Shown here one piece after another: positions 13,201 through 25,144 of a stretch of 64,000 bases of DNA; within the stretch, counting starts at the first letter, position 1, and every line of letters begins with the position of its first letter. The DNA comes from Magallana gigas (lineage: Eukaryota): assembly GCF_963853765.1 (NCBI RefSeq), contig NC_088853.1, positions 23,498,001 through 23,562,000 on the forward strand, in the 5' to 3' direction. The position numbers were made by a program, and so were the translations under genes. The notes beneath the pieces are model-generated. The model searched no databases. It had not been told where the DNA came from and saw only the letters and a program-made list of their open reading frames with translations.

Positions 13201-14093
13201 CAGTTGCTGATAAAATTGCTACTGAATTCATTTCACACTATGGTGTTCCAAATCAGATACATACAGATCAAGGGAGAGAATTTGAGAGTGAATTATTTTC
13301 TGAACTTTGTAGACTCCTGAGTATTGAGAAAACAAGAACCATTCCTTATCAACCCCAGTCTGATGGACTTGTAGAGCGTTTTAATAGAACCATAATTGCC
13401 ATGTTGTCTGCTTTTGTTAATGAAAATAAAGATGACTGGGATGATCATTTGCCTTACTTAAGATAGCTTATAGAGCTACCCCCATATTAGTACAAAATGT
13501 AGTCCAAATTTACTTATCTTGGTAGAGAAATATCTTGTCCTCTAGATATTATGGTTGGAATACATCCTGAAAATCCCCGGAAATTGTGTCCTTCAATGTA
13601 TGTCAAATGGTTAGAAATTGCAATGAATAATGCTTTTGAATTTGCTCATGATAATTTGTGCATTGCAGCTCAGAGACAAAAACAATATTATGATAAAGGG
13701 TTAAAACCAAGATACTATGAGCCTCGTGATTGGGTTTGGAGATGGTATTTACCTGCGGTTTCCAATAAATTAGGTCAAGGTTGGACAGGACCATATCTGG
13801 TAATAAAAAGAATTTCAGATGTTACATACGAAATACAGCTTAATTCTAAAAAAAATCCAATAGTCGTCCATGTGGATCATCTGAAACCATTCCAAGGGAG
13901 ACAACCTCCTATCAATTGGCTGGAAGAGGTGGAGAGCTTCCAGGCTGATGAAGAAAATCTGAGCGAAACTTCCTCTTCACAAATTTATGATGATTCTCTG
14001 GTGCAACCTGTACATAATTCTCCTGTGAAAACAAGAACTGGGAGAATAGTTAAGCCAAGAGAGATCTACACACTCTCCATAATTTGCAGATAA
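10185..14093 (+). pseudogene. pol: Gypsy pol (protease, RT, RNase H, integrase), multiple stops and frameshifts
   Basis: FLVDTGSAV (aspartic protease); VMPFGL...YLDD (RT); VLDTDAS...ELLAIV...TDHASL (RNase H); GHLGRDKT..CQSCDLC, IAIDIL, IHTDQGREF, GLVERFN (integrase). Split over the ORF-track fragments from 10155 to 14093. Confidence 0.95.
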
Positions 14094-14319
14094 GTTAAAA
14101 ATTAAACCAAATTCTTTATATCAATATCTTTTATGCAGAAATATACATTCGATTAATGGTTATTTTTTGTTTGTAAGAAGGGGATTGGAATATATATAAA
14201 CAGCTGGTCTGTTGAGCGCTGTTTTCCAAACCCTGTAATTACTAGTACACTCCGACAATAAATAATGATCTGTATATATTGTACGTACTTAATTGTCATA
14301 AATAATTTCAGAAATATCT

Positions 14320-14874
14320 ATGGAGGAGTTTGTTCTGGAACTGTTTGTCAGTGAGGAAGAATTAATGGAGTTAGACAGGAATATCCGTCCCCTCTGGCAG
14401 GAAGGAGGAATGAGATGTCCAGCCGACGGATGCGACGTCTTCCTAGAATGCATTACAAAATGTCGGAGACATTGGTCGGAGATCCATACTGAGTTTATCT
14501 ATATATATTCCAGTGCACCCTGTGTCGGTTTGCGACCATGAGAAGAAATCAAATCATCAGACATGAGTCGGGTACATCCAAACCAGCCGACCGAGGGCCT
14601 GGAGCCGAGGACCTTTTTAAACAGGAAGTACAGGAATCCAGGGAATGGCCTTATGCCAATTTGTGAAATCTCAGACAATAGAAGGCAGTTTAGAGATCAA
14701 GAGGCCAAGCGGCGGAGGTCACTTGTTGCAGGGATCGAGACCTCTTTAATAAAAGAGGACACCAACTCCCCCGACCAAGTGGTGTTCCCGTACGACACAG
14801 AGACCGTTAAAGTGACCAAGAAACTCTGGGGGCCAAAGAGCAAAGAGAAAGTTGTGAGATTGAGGAACTGTTAA
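14320..14874 (+). pseudogene. Extra ORF3 of the Gypsy element encoding two C2H2 zinc fingers
   Basis: ORFs 14320-14541 and 14563-14874 share a frame. Finger 1 is CPADGC-x12-HWSEIH. Finger 2, CTLC-RFATMRRNQIIR-H..RVH, lies in the -1 frame between two compensating indels (~14505 and ~14560). Acceptor-like tttcAG at 14310-14311. Confidence 0.65.
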
Positions 14875-15100
14875 ATTAGATTGAGTTATCTACACAGTTA
14901 ATACAAATATTTGGTCAATATAGTTTTGTTTTATGTTCTAATAATGATTGTTAATCACTGGCCATATATTGATTTATATCATTGTTGAATTTTATATTTT
15001 GTTTGTAGGGAAAGAAAAATGTTTGTTTTATTTTTATATTAATTCCTGATATGATTATGTAAAGTTGTCCTTAAAATAAATGATTATATCATTTATTCTT

Positions 15101-15113
15101 AAGCAGGGGGGAG
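15101..15113 (+). promoter_or_regulatory. Polypurine tract
   Basis: aagcagggggga g immediately precedes the 3' LTR TG. Confidence 0.85.
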
Positions 15114-15738
15114 TGTAGCAGGAATGGGTTGAATTCACGTTATATATTCCCTATTTGCCCCTACTTTTGTTAATAATAATATTTGGAAGTTTCTAGTTTA
15201 TTTACTTACTTCCTTGGTTACTATAAATAGGTTTGTTTTGACATATAGATCGATAATAATCCTTCACACGTGTTCGATCATCATAGGAAATGTCCAGTTT
15301 TGTTTATACTTTTCTATTGGTTAATATACCGGAAGTAACCTTTTTTGGGTGGTGCTAATTACAGTCAAAGGTCATACCGGTACCCTGCAGTCTAAACACT
15401 ATATTTAACGTTATATTTTTTCTATCGTCATGGTTTGCTATATAAAGCCCCGAAATTCGTAGTTTCTTGGGGACTTGTTAAGCATTGATTTGCTGTAAGT
15501 TTCTCACTTCTCTAACATGGTTTATTAGATATTTAACAGGTTGCACCCGTTAGGAGAATCATTTGATCATTTTGTCGTCGTCATTTGCTCCTGTTGAATT
15601 ATTTTCGGCCCTTAAACTAAAAGTTAAATGTATGGTTCTTATTAAAAGGGATTTTTGTATTAAACCTAGGCCTTTCCCCCGGCTAGGTGGGATAGCGTTC
15701 CCGTACGATACGATGGGGGGGGGGGGGGTGATTTTTGT
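15114..15738 (+). repeat. 3' LTR, missing its last ~320 bp
   Basis: Matches 7479-8088 (about 5% different by eye), then joins directly to tandem-unit sequence. Confidence 0.9.
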
Positions 15739-16092
15739 AATATTTTGTAAAAATTTAATAAAATCAATATATCCAAGCACTCAAACGTCATATTTTAAAA
15801 GCTTATCAATCCAAAAATCTCCAACGTTAATGTTTTATCATAAAATTGCTTTGAAATGAAAAAGTTGAAATTGTGCCATTTGAATGTCAATGTTCATAGA
15901 TCTTGATCAATGACTTAAAAACCTAGAACAGATGATTTTTTATGATGTTTCGATCGATGACTAGATGTAATTACTTTGAACTGAAGTGTGCCTTACACAT
16001 GACGTTGATAAATTAAATTGTTCCTTAGATCTTTGGAAAATTTCTTGGTTTGTTTACGGACTTTTCTGGGGTTTTTTTTCCGATTCCGACAT

Positions 16093-16265
16093 ACAGCACA
16101 CGGCAGGTGTGACCAGTCAGCAGAGGATGCTCACTTCTCCTTGGCACCTGATCCTATCTTTATCTTTTTGGAGGTCCGTGCTGCTCTGCTTTGAATGTGT
16201 ATTTCGTTTAATGGATTTTTGAGATGGTTTACGGTTCTTTATTGTCGTTTTTTTCATTTTTGTTT
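16093..16265 (+). mobile_element. Fragment of a dispersed bivalve repeat (probably the 3' end of a non-LTR or Penelope-like element)
   Basis: cggcaggtgtgaccagtcagcagaggatgctcacttctcc recurs at ~36175 and ~55795 (+ strand) and inverted at 17250-17340 and ~37320-37410. Confidence 0.5.
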
Positions 16266-16292
16266 AATTTATCGCCATAATTTGTCATTTTT

Positions 16293-16432
16293 TGTCCAAC
16301 GAAAGTAAGCTGCCAAGGGGATATAGTTATTCTCAGACAATCTTCCTCACAATCCAGAATGCTGTAGATGTTAAATTATCATCTTCTTTCCAATTGTTTC
16401 TGTACTATAACACTGAGTAGCCATTCCGAAAG
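16293..16432 (-). pseudogene. Heavily degraded PAN-exon copy
   Basis: tctcagacaatcttcctcacaatccagaatgctgta and gagtagccattccgaa align with the intact exon at 35407-35512. Contains indels and stops. Confidence 0.7.
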
Positions 16433-19329
16433 TATTTATTAAACTTGTTAATGAACAAAATGCCTTAAGCATCATAAAACAGAATTTCAAATTATCTTTA
16501 AGTGGAAACAATTTTGTCAAGTCCTAGCGTTAAATATTTTAAAAGGTTACTGTGCGTCGTATTAGACAATAATCGATCGATCTAATCTTGGTTGAACGCA
16601 GACGGTATTTTTGGAAGTAAATTACATGTGGAATAAATTCATAAAGATAAGCAAATAATTTACACCGTAAATTACACGGAAACAGCATATCCATTATTTG
16701 TATTGAATTGTCCATTTCTGTTATACATGTAGCTACTGAGTGATATTTTCTAGAATTTACTGGGTGTCGACAAATCTTAAAATCTCAGTACACTAGGTGC
16801 TTGTTTTCATTGGCAAAAACTGTAGAGTATTCCATTCGGTCCTTTAATTTGTTTACTATGAAATATAAAATCGGGTCACATAAATCTCATATCAATTTAA
16901 GGACTGTATCTCTGTTTTGATAATGTAGATGATTTTTGATGCTACCACATCGAGCAAATCTGAAGCGTGACTCGTAAAGGAAATACATAATTGATACGTG
17001 GAAATCCACCTTCTGTTCCATTCGTCGAAAATTTTTAGCATTTTATAAACCACGTTAATTAAAATTCTGTGAAAATGAAGTACTTTTTTTCTTAAATGAA
17101 CGTAAGACTTCAGGATAGAATTTTTGTTTGCTGTATTAAAAGTAATTCAACGTATTTAAAAAATCAGATTATCATTTATTTTATATAAGCTTTGCAAATT
17201 GAAAGTTTTTGATACAAATCCAAAGGAAAAATGCATAACAGGAACAGAGGAAACAAGGACCTCAACAAAGGGAAAAGTAGGGTCAGGTGCCACTGAGGAG
17301 TGAGCATTCTCTGTTGACCGGTCACACCCGCCGTGCTCTTTGTCGTGATTGGGAAAACGAAACCGGAAAATCCTTAGACAATTTGGAGATTAATTATGGT
17401 CTTACAATAAGTACACGTATAAAAATTGTCAGTCAGCATGCGACCCATTGGAAGATTGTATTTGCTGCATCGACTATAGACCTTACGAAGATGCCTTCTT
17501 TCGAGACTGATGCATTGTAAAATTGAATGTTGCAACCACTTAAAAATTTTATACCTTAAATAGACTACCAACATAATTCTATTAGTAGGTAAGAACAAGT
17601 CCACGTACGGGCCCTGGTTAAAGGTGAACAAAATGAAGATTCAAATTAAGCATACTTTTTTATCCCACATCATCTGTTGATATTTTAACCTTAAGAATCA
17701 ACAAGTTTTAGCGCTAAAAAAGTGTATATAAATAGCACAAAGCTTTACAACATAGTAGGAGTGAGCCGACATTTATGATTCTGTATAGTAAATCAAGGAC
17801 GGGCATTAATTTCAAAGCCTTTGTTTACTGTCAGCCTAACCAAGTACAAACATGCAGAAAAGATAAAAGACGCATTATATATTTAGAAATCTTCTGTTAA
17901 AATAAAATGTTTGTAAAACATTAGGCTGGTACCTAAAATCAAATAACGTATGGAAATTTTCAGGTTTTTCCTATAGTAAGTGGCAGCTGTTACCTGCATG
18001 ACCCATGTTTGAACGTACATATGAAATAAATCATTTCAAACAGTTACGTGGGTTATTTCCAGGTAGTCTTGTCAAATGTGATCACTGCATAACACTGGTA
18101 CGTTTTAAATCGATCTCCATCGATTTTGTATCTTCAGGAATGTTTGTTTCATCCCTATGGTCATCTGCAATTTCAAAACTTTATTTTTTTTTTTCAGACG
18201 TAAAATAATCCATAAAAAATATTCAAAAAACGCACCGATCGATCCACCAACAGAAAAATGCTGATTAAAATGTCTCCTCCCTCTGAGTTAAATAGACACA
18301 ATTCAAGTAGCTTCCGGATTTAGATTATCTATAGGCATTAAAAATTCCTCAATTGTTTAAAGCAATATGAGCTGCAATTTCCATGTTTGAATTGTTTTTA
18401 CAATAATGCTATTTTATACTAATATGAAAAAAAATATCATGGTTATAAAATTTCTGTGACCCGTATTGCTGTAGGAATAGCCGTAAATAATTTTTTATTT
18501 GAGCAAAATTGAAATATTATGGTCCGGTACAAAACTTGATCTGCTATCATATTCCTTAGTAGAGAAATCTTTCTCCTGACAAAAATTGATGATTTTTTCA
18601 TATCTTATTTATCATAAAAGTTTAAGTCACATGCAGATTTATCATACTAACAGGTTTTTGCGGCAATATTAAAATGCTTTAAACTGTATTCTCATTTTAG
18701 TAAATTATAGCGTGCTTATAAATCAGGAGTTTCTATCAGTGCTGAAATATTACGGGAAGAAGCAATTGTTACATATTTTCTACATAAAAACGGCACTAAA
18801 ACGGGTTCATTTTCAATAGCTTAAATGCACTTGTACTTTGCGTTTTTTAATTATTGTTCAACCTATTTTACGATAAAATACATAGTTTTTGTTCAATGAA
18901 ATTAAACTAAAAAGGGATATTCATTCACTTTTTGAATTCTTATAAAGAGGATTTTTGAGACTGGGCAAATGCAAATAACGTAAATTATCACTCTTAAAAC
19001 AGAATTTTGTCTAGGCGTATTCAAAACTGGGAAAAACTTTTCAAAGTGTAGAGGGGTTAAAAACGAATGGAATATAAATCTTACACATTACCGATATTTT
19101 TTATGTCAACATCGAACATGCATATCTGAAACTAATTGTGTTTATTATCCACATGGTAGTTTTCTGGTTCAGTTCACCCGATCAGATAAAATTTATGACA
19201 CCCACTGCCTTCTAGATTTCGCTCTCTCCATCTGACACACGATGAGATATTGAATTTTTAATTTATTGTCGAGAAAGCAAAATTTACATACTTAAAAAAA
19301 CCAAAAAAACATTGTAAAGTGCACCTAAT

Positions 19330-19581
19330 GATACAAAGCCATCCTTTTTTTTAAAGTTGGTCTGACAGAAGTGGGCTCCCAGGTGGTAGTTGACGGACCG
19401 ACATCGTGTTGTTCTCAGACATTCCTCCACACAATCCAGAATACTATATTTATATTCGTCATTTGATCCGTCTGTCCAGTTTGTGTTCGTACAGTAGCAT
19501 CATGTCGAATATCAGCAAAACACCGTTTGATAAGCAAAATGTAAAAAAAAAACATATCTTTAAATTATAAAGAGGATGCAA
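19330..19581 (-). pseudogene. Degraded PAN-exon copy (start ATG changed to TTG, deletions)
   Basis: Reverse strand reads ...TTRCRSVNYHLGAHFCQTNF. Upstream 19590-19860 resembles 35600-35900. Confidence 0.85.
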
Positions 19582-19887
19582 CTTATGTTGAATACTAATT
19601 TGAAATCATCGCGGCATTTATCCAATCTATGTTGCTCTTAATGGCATTTGAAATAGTAAATTATTGCGAAGCTTTAAGGTATAAAAGAATACAATAATTC
19701 ATTGTTTAAATCAAATTATCTTTTTGTCAAAGTTACCATTGTGATATTTGATGTAATTCTTCAAATGGTTTCATAAAATCAATAAATTCAAGTACATTCA
19801 TTTCCTATTTTCAAAATGTTATCAATCCAGAAAGGTCAGCGTTGATGTTTTATCATTGAAATACTTTTGAAACGTAATGTGATGTTA

Positions 19888-19990
19888 CATGCGGGTAGGA
19901 AGTAAGCGATCTTTGCAGAAAAAAATTACATAACCCGCTAATGCAGGTTACGTATTTTTCTGCAATGTCGCCACCTTCATATCCTGCATG
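19888..19990. repeat. ~100-bp foldback mini-element (copy at 39954-40056)
   Basis: Outer inverted repeat catgcgggtaggaag / cttcatatcctgcatg; inner inverted repeat gcagaaaaa..tacataacc / ggttacgta..tttttctgc. Confidence 0.6.
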
Positions 19991-20419
19991 AATCACCAAG
20001 GAAATCATTTTATTTTTTTTTAATATCAATGGCTTGAAAACCTATGGAATATTATTGTTTACATGATGTTTTGATCGATAGGTGTATTTACTTTGAGCTA
20101 ATGGTTTAACTCATCTTAAGCAAATTTGAAAAGCAGTGTTACCATGAAAGTGTTTAGGCCTATATATTCACTATAGTTATTCCTAGAATTGGAACAGCCA
20201 GTCTCGCCGTCACCTTTATATCGATCGTTGATCTAAAGCAGACGAGATCGTGAGAAGACGCTTAATTATATATTTAGTAAATTAAATAATGTGTACTTTC
20301 TGTTAAGTCTAAGCATTTAATTTGGTACATTTATAAAGTAGTATTTCGTTTCCTTACAATTAAACAGACACAGCTTCACATTTTGTAGACAGTGTTTATT
20401 TTGGAAATTCGCCTTCTAT

Positions 20420-21411
20420 ACAATTTGTTAATCGTAAACGTACAAGTACACTGACGATTTTGGACAATCACCTATACGAGCGTTTCACTAAACCTATCGT
20501 AAATGTAGCACTTACGATTTGCGAGTTACGTTCAACTCAGTGGAATTCGTCAAACAACGGAGGTATATTTTAAGCATACGTAAACCTTTTCACTTTTGAC
20601 AGACGACACTGCCAAGATTTTAGCTAAAACATAAGTTATTCATTTCGTATACAAACCTTAGAGATGCGTCTGCAACGACTTGGATATTTATGGGGTGGTA
20701 TCCCCTATGACACACATATTTTGCCTCATTCACCTTGGGTGCAATAATGAGAAGGAGAGTCCTATCAATGGCACCAAGGATATTGGGAAATACTGCTGTT
20801 TGGTACAAATCATGTTTAACATGATTTGCTTCCTCCTCTAGAACGAAAAAAGCAATTACTTATTGATAATTTTTTTGTACTTATCTTTTTTAGTTAGTTA
20901 ATAAATTTATTCATAATTTTTTTTACCGATTAATCGACTAAGCCAACCGAGTAAAATTGATATCCCTACTACAAAGTTATTAAAATGATTTTTGAAAATA
21001 CCTTTTAGGAATTGGATATTGTCAATTCTCTTGACAAATTGACTTTGTGACGGCATCAACCGCTCTGGATACACTGACCCTAGATATGCGGTGTAAATCA
21101 CCACAATCGGAGAAGAATGATGCTTTGGCAAGATACCTCATGGTCACAAGAACCTTTGAACATTTAATAAAATTTCTCATTGCTTTACGTACCTAAATAT
21201 GTATCAATAATGTTCTCTTTCAGAATAAAAAGTAGTGCGGCTAAAAACATGCATGAATGCTTGACTGACATTCAGAAGCCCCATACTCAGTAGATAATCA
21301 GATTGCATTTATGTTGATCAAAAATAATAACAAACATTACATACAAAAAATCACACTGCTACAGTTTGGTAATAATGAGTTGTAAAAGCCATTCCAATTT
21401 GGTAGTGTATT

Positions 21412-21486
<75 letters not shown>

Positions 21487-22030
21487 AAGTTTCGGTGTGT
21501 AATGTCTTTGTATTAAAGCAGTTGACACGAAAACTTTTTTCAGACTGCATGTTGTATTTTCACTTCGTGTTTACATAAACCGTTCATAAAATGAAATATA
21601 TAACGGCAGATAACTCTAAATATACATTGTTTAAATTTATTCACCTGTGGGTGCAATCTGACAGTGCATGGCTCCTGTGGGTGTCTGGCTCAACGTCCTC
21701 TCTGACGAGATCTTTGTGACGAAAAAAAAATTCTCTGGGCAGTCGATAACGCTCTATCACATTGGTGTCGGTCAGAAAGTCTTGGAGGTTAGTCCTGTTT
21801 CTGAAAACTCGTTTTTTTCGTAATTTTCTCTGCATTACGTCGTCTGCTAATATAAACAAGGTTGTCATTTTTATTTGTTTATGTGCACGTAGATCAATTT
21901 AAGAGTGCCCCTGGCTGCTCGTAGACTTAAGCGTAACTTCAATCGTAACTGGCAACTTGCAACTCTTAACTACACGCATTTACGTGCTACGTTTATGATC
22001 TACCTACGGTCTCTTGGTGACAATGGGGCC
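20420..22030 (-). mobile_element. PIF/Harbinger transposon deletion derivative, copy 1
   Basis: Spliced transposase remnant 20657-21868: MTTLF...RYRL; RYLAKASFFSDCGDLHRISRVSVSR; FPNILGAIDRT...YVCHRGYHPINIQVVAD (HARBI1/DDE_Tnp_4-like). GGCCCC terminus at 22025-22030 and subterminal inverted repeats. The left boundary is approximate. Confidence 0.8.
21416..21484. repeat. (CT)n microsatellite in a Harbinger intron
   Basis: Direct run; it produces the spurious poly-RE and poly-SL ORFs. Confidence 0.95.
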
Positions 22031-22821
22031 TGTTTAATATTATATTAATATGTTATTAAAATGATTGTGAAATTTTGAAAGTAAACCTTTCTAGAATGTC
22101 TTAACAATATAATATTTTTAAAAACCAATTTCCTGTTTCAAAATCAGAAAGATGTGACGCGTGCTTGCTTTAAATATCGTTTTAAAAATTTCAATTACAC
22201 AAATATTTATGAGCAATCTCCTCCAGCTAAAGTGTCTCTCATGCAAGACATACAAATACTATCCATACTAAATCTTATCTCAACTATTCATTGAAAGATT
22301 GATAGGTTTGGGAAAAAGAGGTAAGTTTACCATGTTTGAAGGTAATAAATAACTTCCGCTTAATGCATTGTCAGGTTAAAGTAACCGGTTATTATGTACA
22401 AGGATGCATATGGCGTTTACATCAATTTATCACAAATCTATGTACTCGATATTTGGTTTATGTCAGATTTTTTTTTCTCGTACAATTGTCTAAATGTATT
22501 GATGTTGCATCTGTTACAACCCCAAAAGAAAATTATGGGTCTTAGTAAAAAGGTGAACAAGTCTCAAAATGCAGTTGCTTGATTTCTATTGCAATATGCT
22601 GAAATAATGACATCATGAATATCTAACAACAATGTTACGATGTCATTAATACATGTTGTTTACTGTAACAGTTTTATGACGTTTTCATAATGGTTTTAAT
22701 ATTCACAACTTTTTCAAGTTGAAATTTTGTGAAAACCGGTAAATCTGTGACATAACGAGAAAACTTACTCAAAAAGTAAAGTTATATATATTTTTTTATT
22801 ATAGACAAAATTAAATGAAAC

Positions 22822-22953
22822 NNNNNNNNNNNNNNNNNNNNNNNNNNNNNNNNNNNNNNNNNNNNNNNNNNNNNNNNNNNNNNNNNNNNNNNNNNNNNNN
22901 NNNNNNNNNNNNNNNNNNNNNNNNNNNNNNNNNNNNNNNNNNNNNNNNNNNNN
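22822..22953. other. Assembly gap (132 N)
   Basis: N run; homologous to the microsatellite at 62661-62784. Confidence 0.99.
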
Positions 22954-23748
22954 TTTCTTTATTATTAATAAAAAAATAGGAATGACATTATCTACTTTTT
23001 TAATGTTATTCAAAAAATACAATGCTTTCTGTGATGATCAATGAGGTCATAAAATATGTTTCCGACGAAAGTAATGTAACAAATGTCATATCTTTTTTTG
23101 TGAAAAAGAAATTTTGGCGAGATTCCCTGGAGTCTTATTGTCACAAATATTTCTCGACAATAACAGGTTCTTGCCGCGCCAGTTTAAAATACAATATGGG
23201 CGTGGTTAAGGCTTTAAGGCGACAAATAGTCAATGCGAAATATTTCATCTACTGTACCTCGTTAAATAAAGTTTTTGCGAATAAAAGTCGTATTACTGTA
23301 ACCGATAGAAATAAACGTATTTGTTCATTAATTAATGCAAGGTCAATTCAACCGAACTGAAGTCAGTCTCCGCTTCCAAACAGCGATTTTGCGTTTAAAG
23401 GTAGGCTTGATAAGTTCAGGCAATTAGACTTTGATTACTATATCCTGAGGCTGTTTTGTCAGTAGATGTAAACTGAATAGTCTTTTTTCCACAAAGGGAC
23501 TTTAAGGACTTAAAAGAGGTAAGGGTTTATAGTCTTGCTCGAAAAATTAATTGCCTCGCGCGACTTCTACATATAACCCCCTGACAAGACTTGTACAATC
23601 CATAGAATCGTCAACTCTCTGAGGAACATACATGTACAAGCAGAGCTGCAAAATAACGGCGCTAATACTTTTAAATTAACAAGGCCAGTTCATATGTTTT
23701 GGTGTTATGTTTTGGTGACGTTAGGACCAGTAATACATGTAACTAATA

Positions 23749-23986
23749 TACTGTGGAATCATTAAAATTCGTAGGGGCGAATCTTCGTGGATAGCTTGAA
23801 TTATACAAGTTCATGGGGCTGGAATTTCGTGTATTAGTTTATACCTACAAAGAAATTATGACTTTATAACACTTATCTATTAATTCGTAGATGATTCGAT
23901 TTGTGGATGATTTCAAGTTGTGGATGGGAGGTACCCACGAATTCCACGAAAATTGAGTCACAACGAAATAAAATGATTTCAGAGTA
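23749..23986. mobile_element. Tc1/mariner-type MITE (copies at 43576-43813 and 63575-63812)
   Basis: TA-ctgtggaatcatt ... aatgatttcagag-TA. Confidence 0.7.
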
Positions 23987-25144
23987 TATTTTAAGCATTC
24001 TTGTTAATGAGGATCAGGCTATGCATCTAAAGCTACCCCTGCGTTTCATTTATATTATAATAAAAGTAACTACGCAGTTCATCTTATGTTCAAGGTGCCG
24101 ATTTCAACCCCTGGTGGAGAGAGTGCACAATTAGAGTTACGTTATTTGCCAAAGGTTACATTGTTATCATGATATCGATAGACCAGACTCGAACATGTGT
24201 CCAGATCAGTCGATGCTATCAAATGCTCCAACACCTCTACTTAATTCCGCATTGTTGTATTAAACCATAAAAATCGTAAACGCCAAAAAGTTTTTATTAT
24301 TTAATATTTGATTGTTTTAAAGTTTAGGCATGCAGACAATCACTGTTCGATAATACATGTAAATGACACTAGTGGTTTAAAAGATAGAAGGGTCAAGCAA
24401 TATGGTTAGAAATATAGAGAACGCAAGAGAATAGTTACATGGTTATTTCATCATTTTACATGTATCATTTCAATGCGAGATTTTTCAGCACACATTTAAC
24501 TCAAAAGCAACAAACAGCCAATGTAAATATTGGAGCCTTCATGCTGTTTGTTTGCCTATTGCAGTATGGTATGATGTTCCTTACAAACCAATAATTGTCA
24601 AAAGTTATAAACTTTCACCTATTTACACCAGCAGAATCGTTCTCTTTATATTTACAAACATGAATATATTAAAATATTACAGTAAACACATTTATTTGTC
24701 ATTCTTTTTATTGTTTTTGTTTTCGTTACTACTTGAAGAAACGTTTGTTCTATTAATAACCTTTGTGTTTTGTTTTGTTTTATTTTTTTTTAATTAAAAT
24801 CTTCTAAAAGACCGACACAGCTACTGCAATACCTATTATTATACTTATGCTACTTAAGCATTGAATTAATTAATGATTTAATGCTCATTTTTACATTTTT
24901 GGGGGAAATTTTTTTGTCTTGTCTACAAATGTGATCAGTATCTTCGCAGTCCTTTTTTTATCCTTAGGGTAAGTAAATGTATAGGAAGAGCCACTCTAAC
25001 AGCAACAAGCGTGAACTTTGATATCTGCTTGTTACGTTGCATACATGCATTGATATTGGTTTTATCTCCCCAGCTGATTAGCTCTCAGCTCAAAGTCTAT
25101 ATGTTCGTAAGATTTATTTTTATATTTTTCCCCTTTTTTTCAGT

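Larger units (their letters stand above)
7479..15738 (+). mobile_element. Gypsy/Ty3 LTR retrotransposon, degenerate, 3' LTR truncated
   Basis: Two LTRs start tgtagcaggaatgggtt at 7479 and 15114. PBS and PPT are present, and the gene order is gag-PR-RT-RNaseH-IN. Confidence 0.95.

Noticed and set aside
15559-15859. Two ORFs across the 3' LTR/unit junction
   Set aside because: Chimeric non-coding sequence; poly-Gly/Pro comes from the G-run.
17287-17631. ORF pair conserved in both units (also 37358-37702)
   Set aside because: Conservation reflects ~97% DNA identity of a recent duplication; they start in a dispersed repeat and show no domain signal.
21337-21578. Poly-RE and poly-SL ORFs
   Set aside because: Translations of the (CT)n microsatellite.
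22765-23022. ORFs containing X runs (also 41405-41706 and 42868-43164)
   Set aside because: Artefacts of reading through N-gaps.
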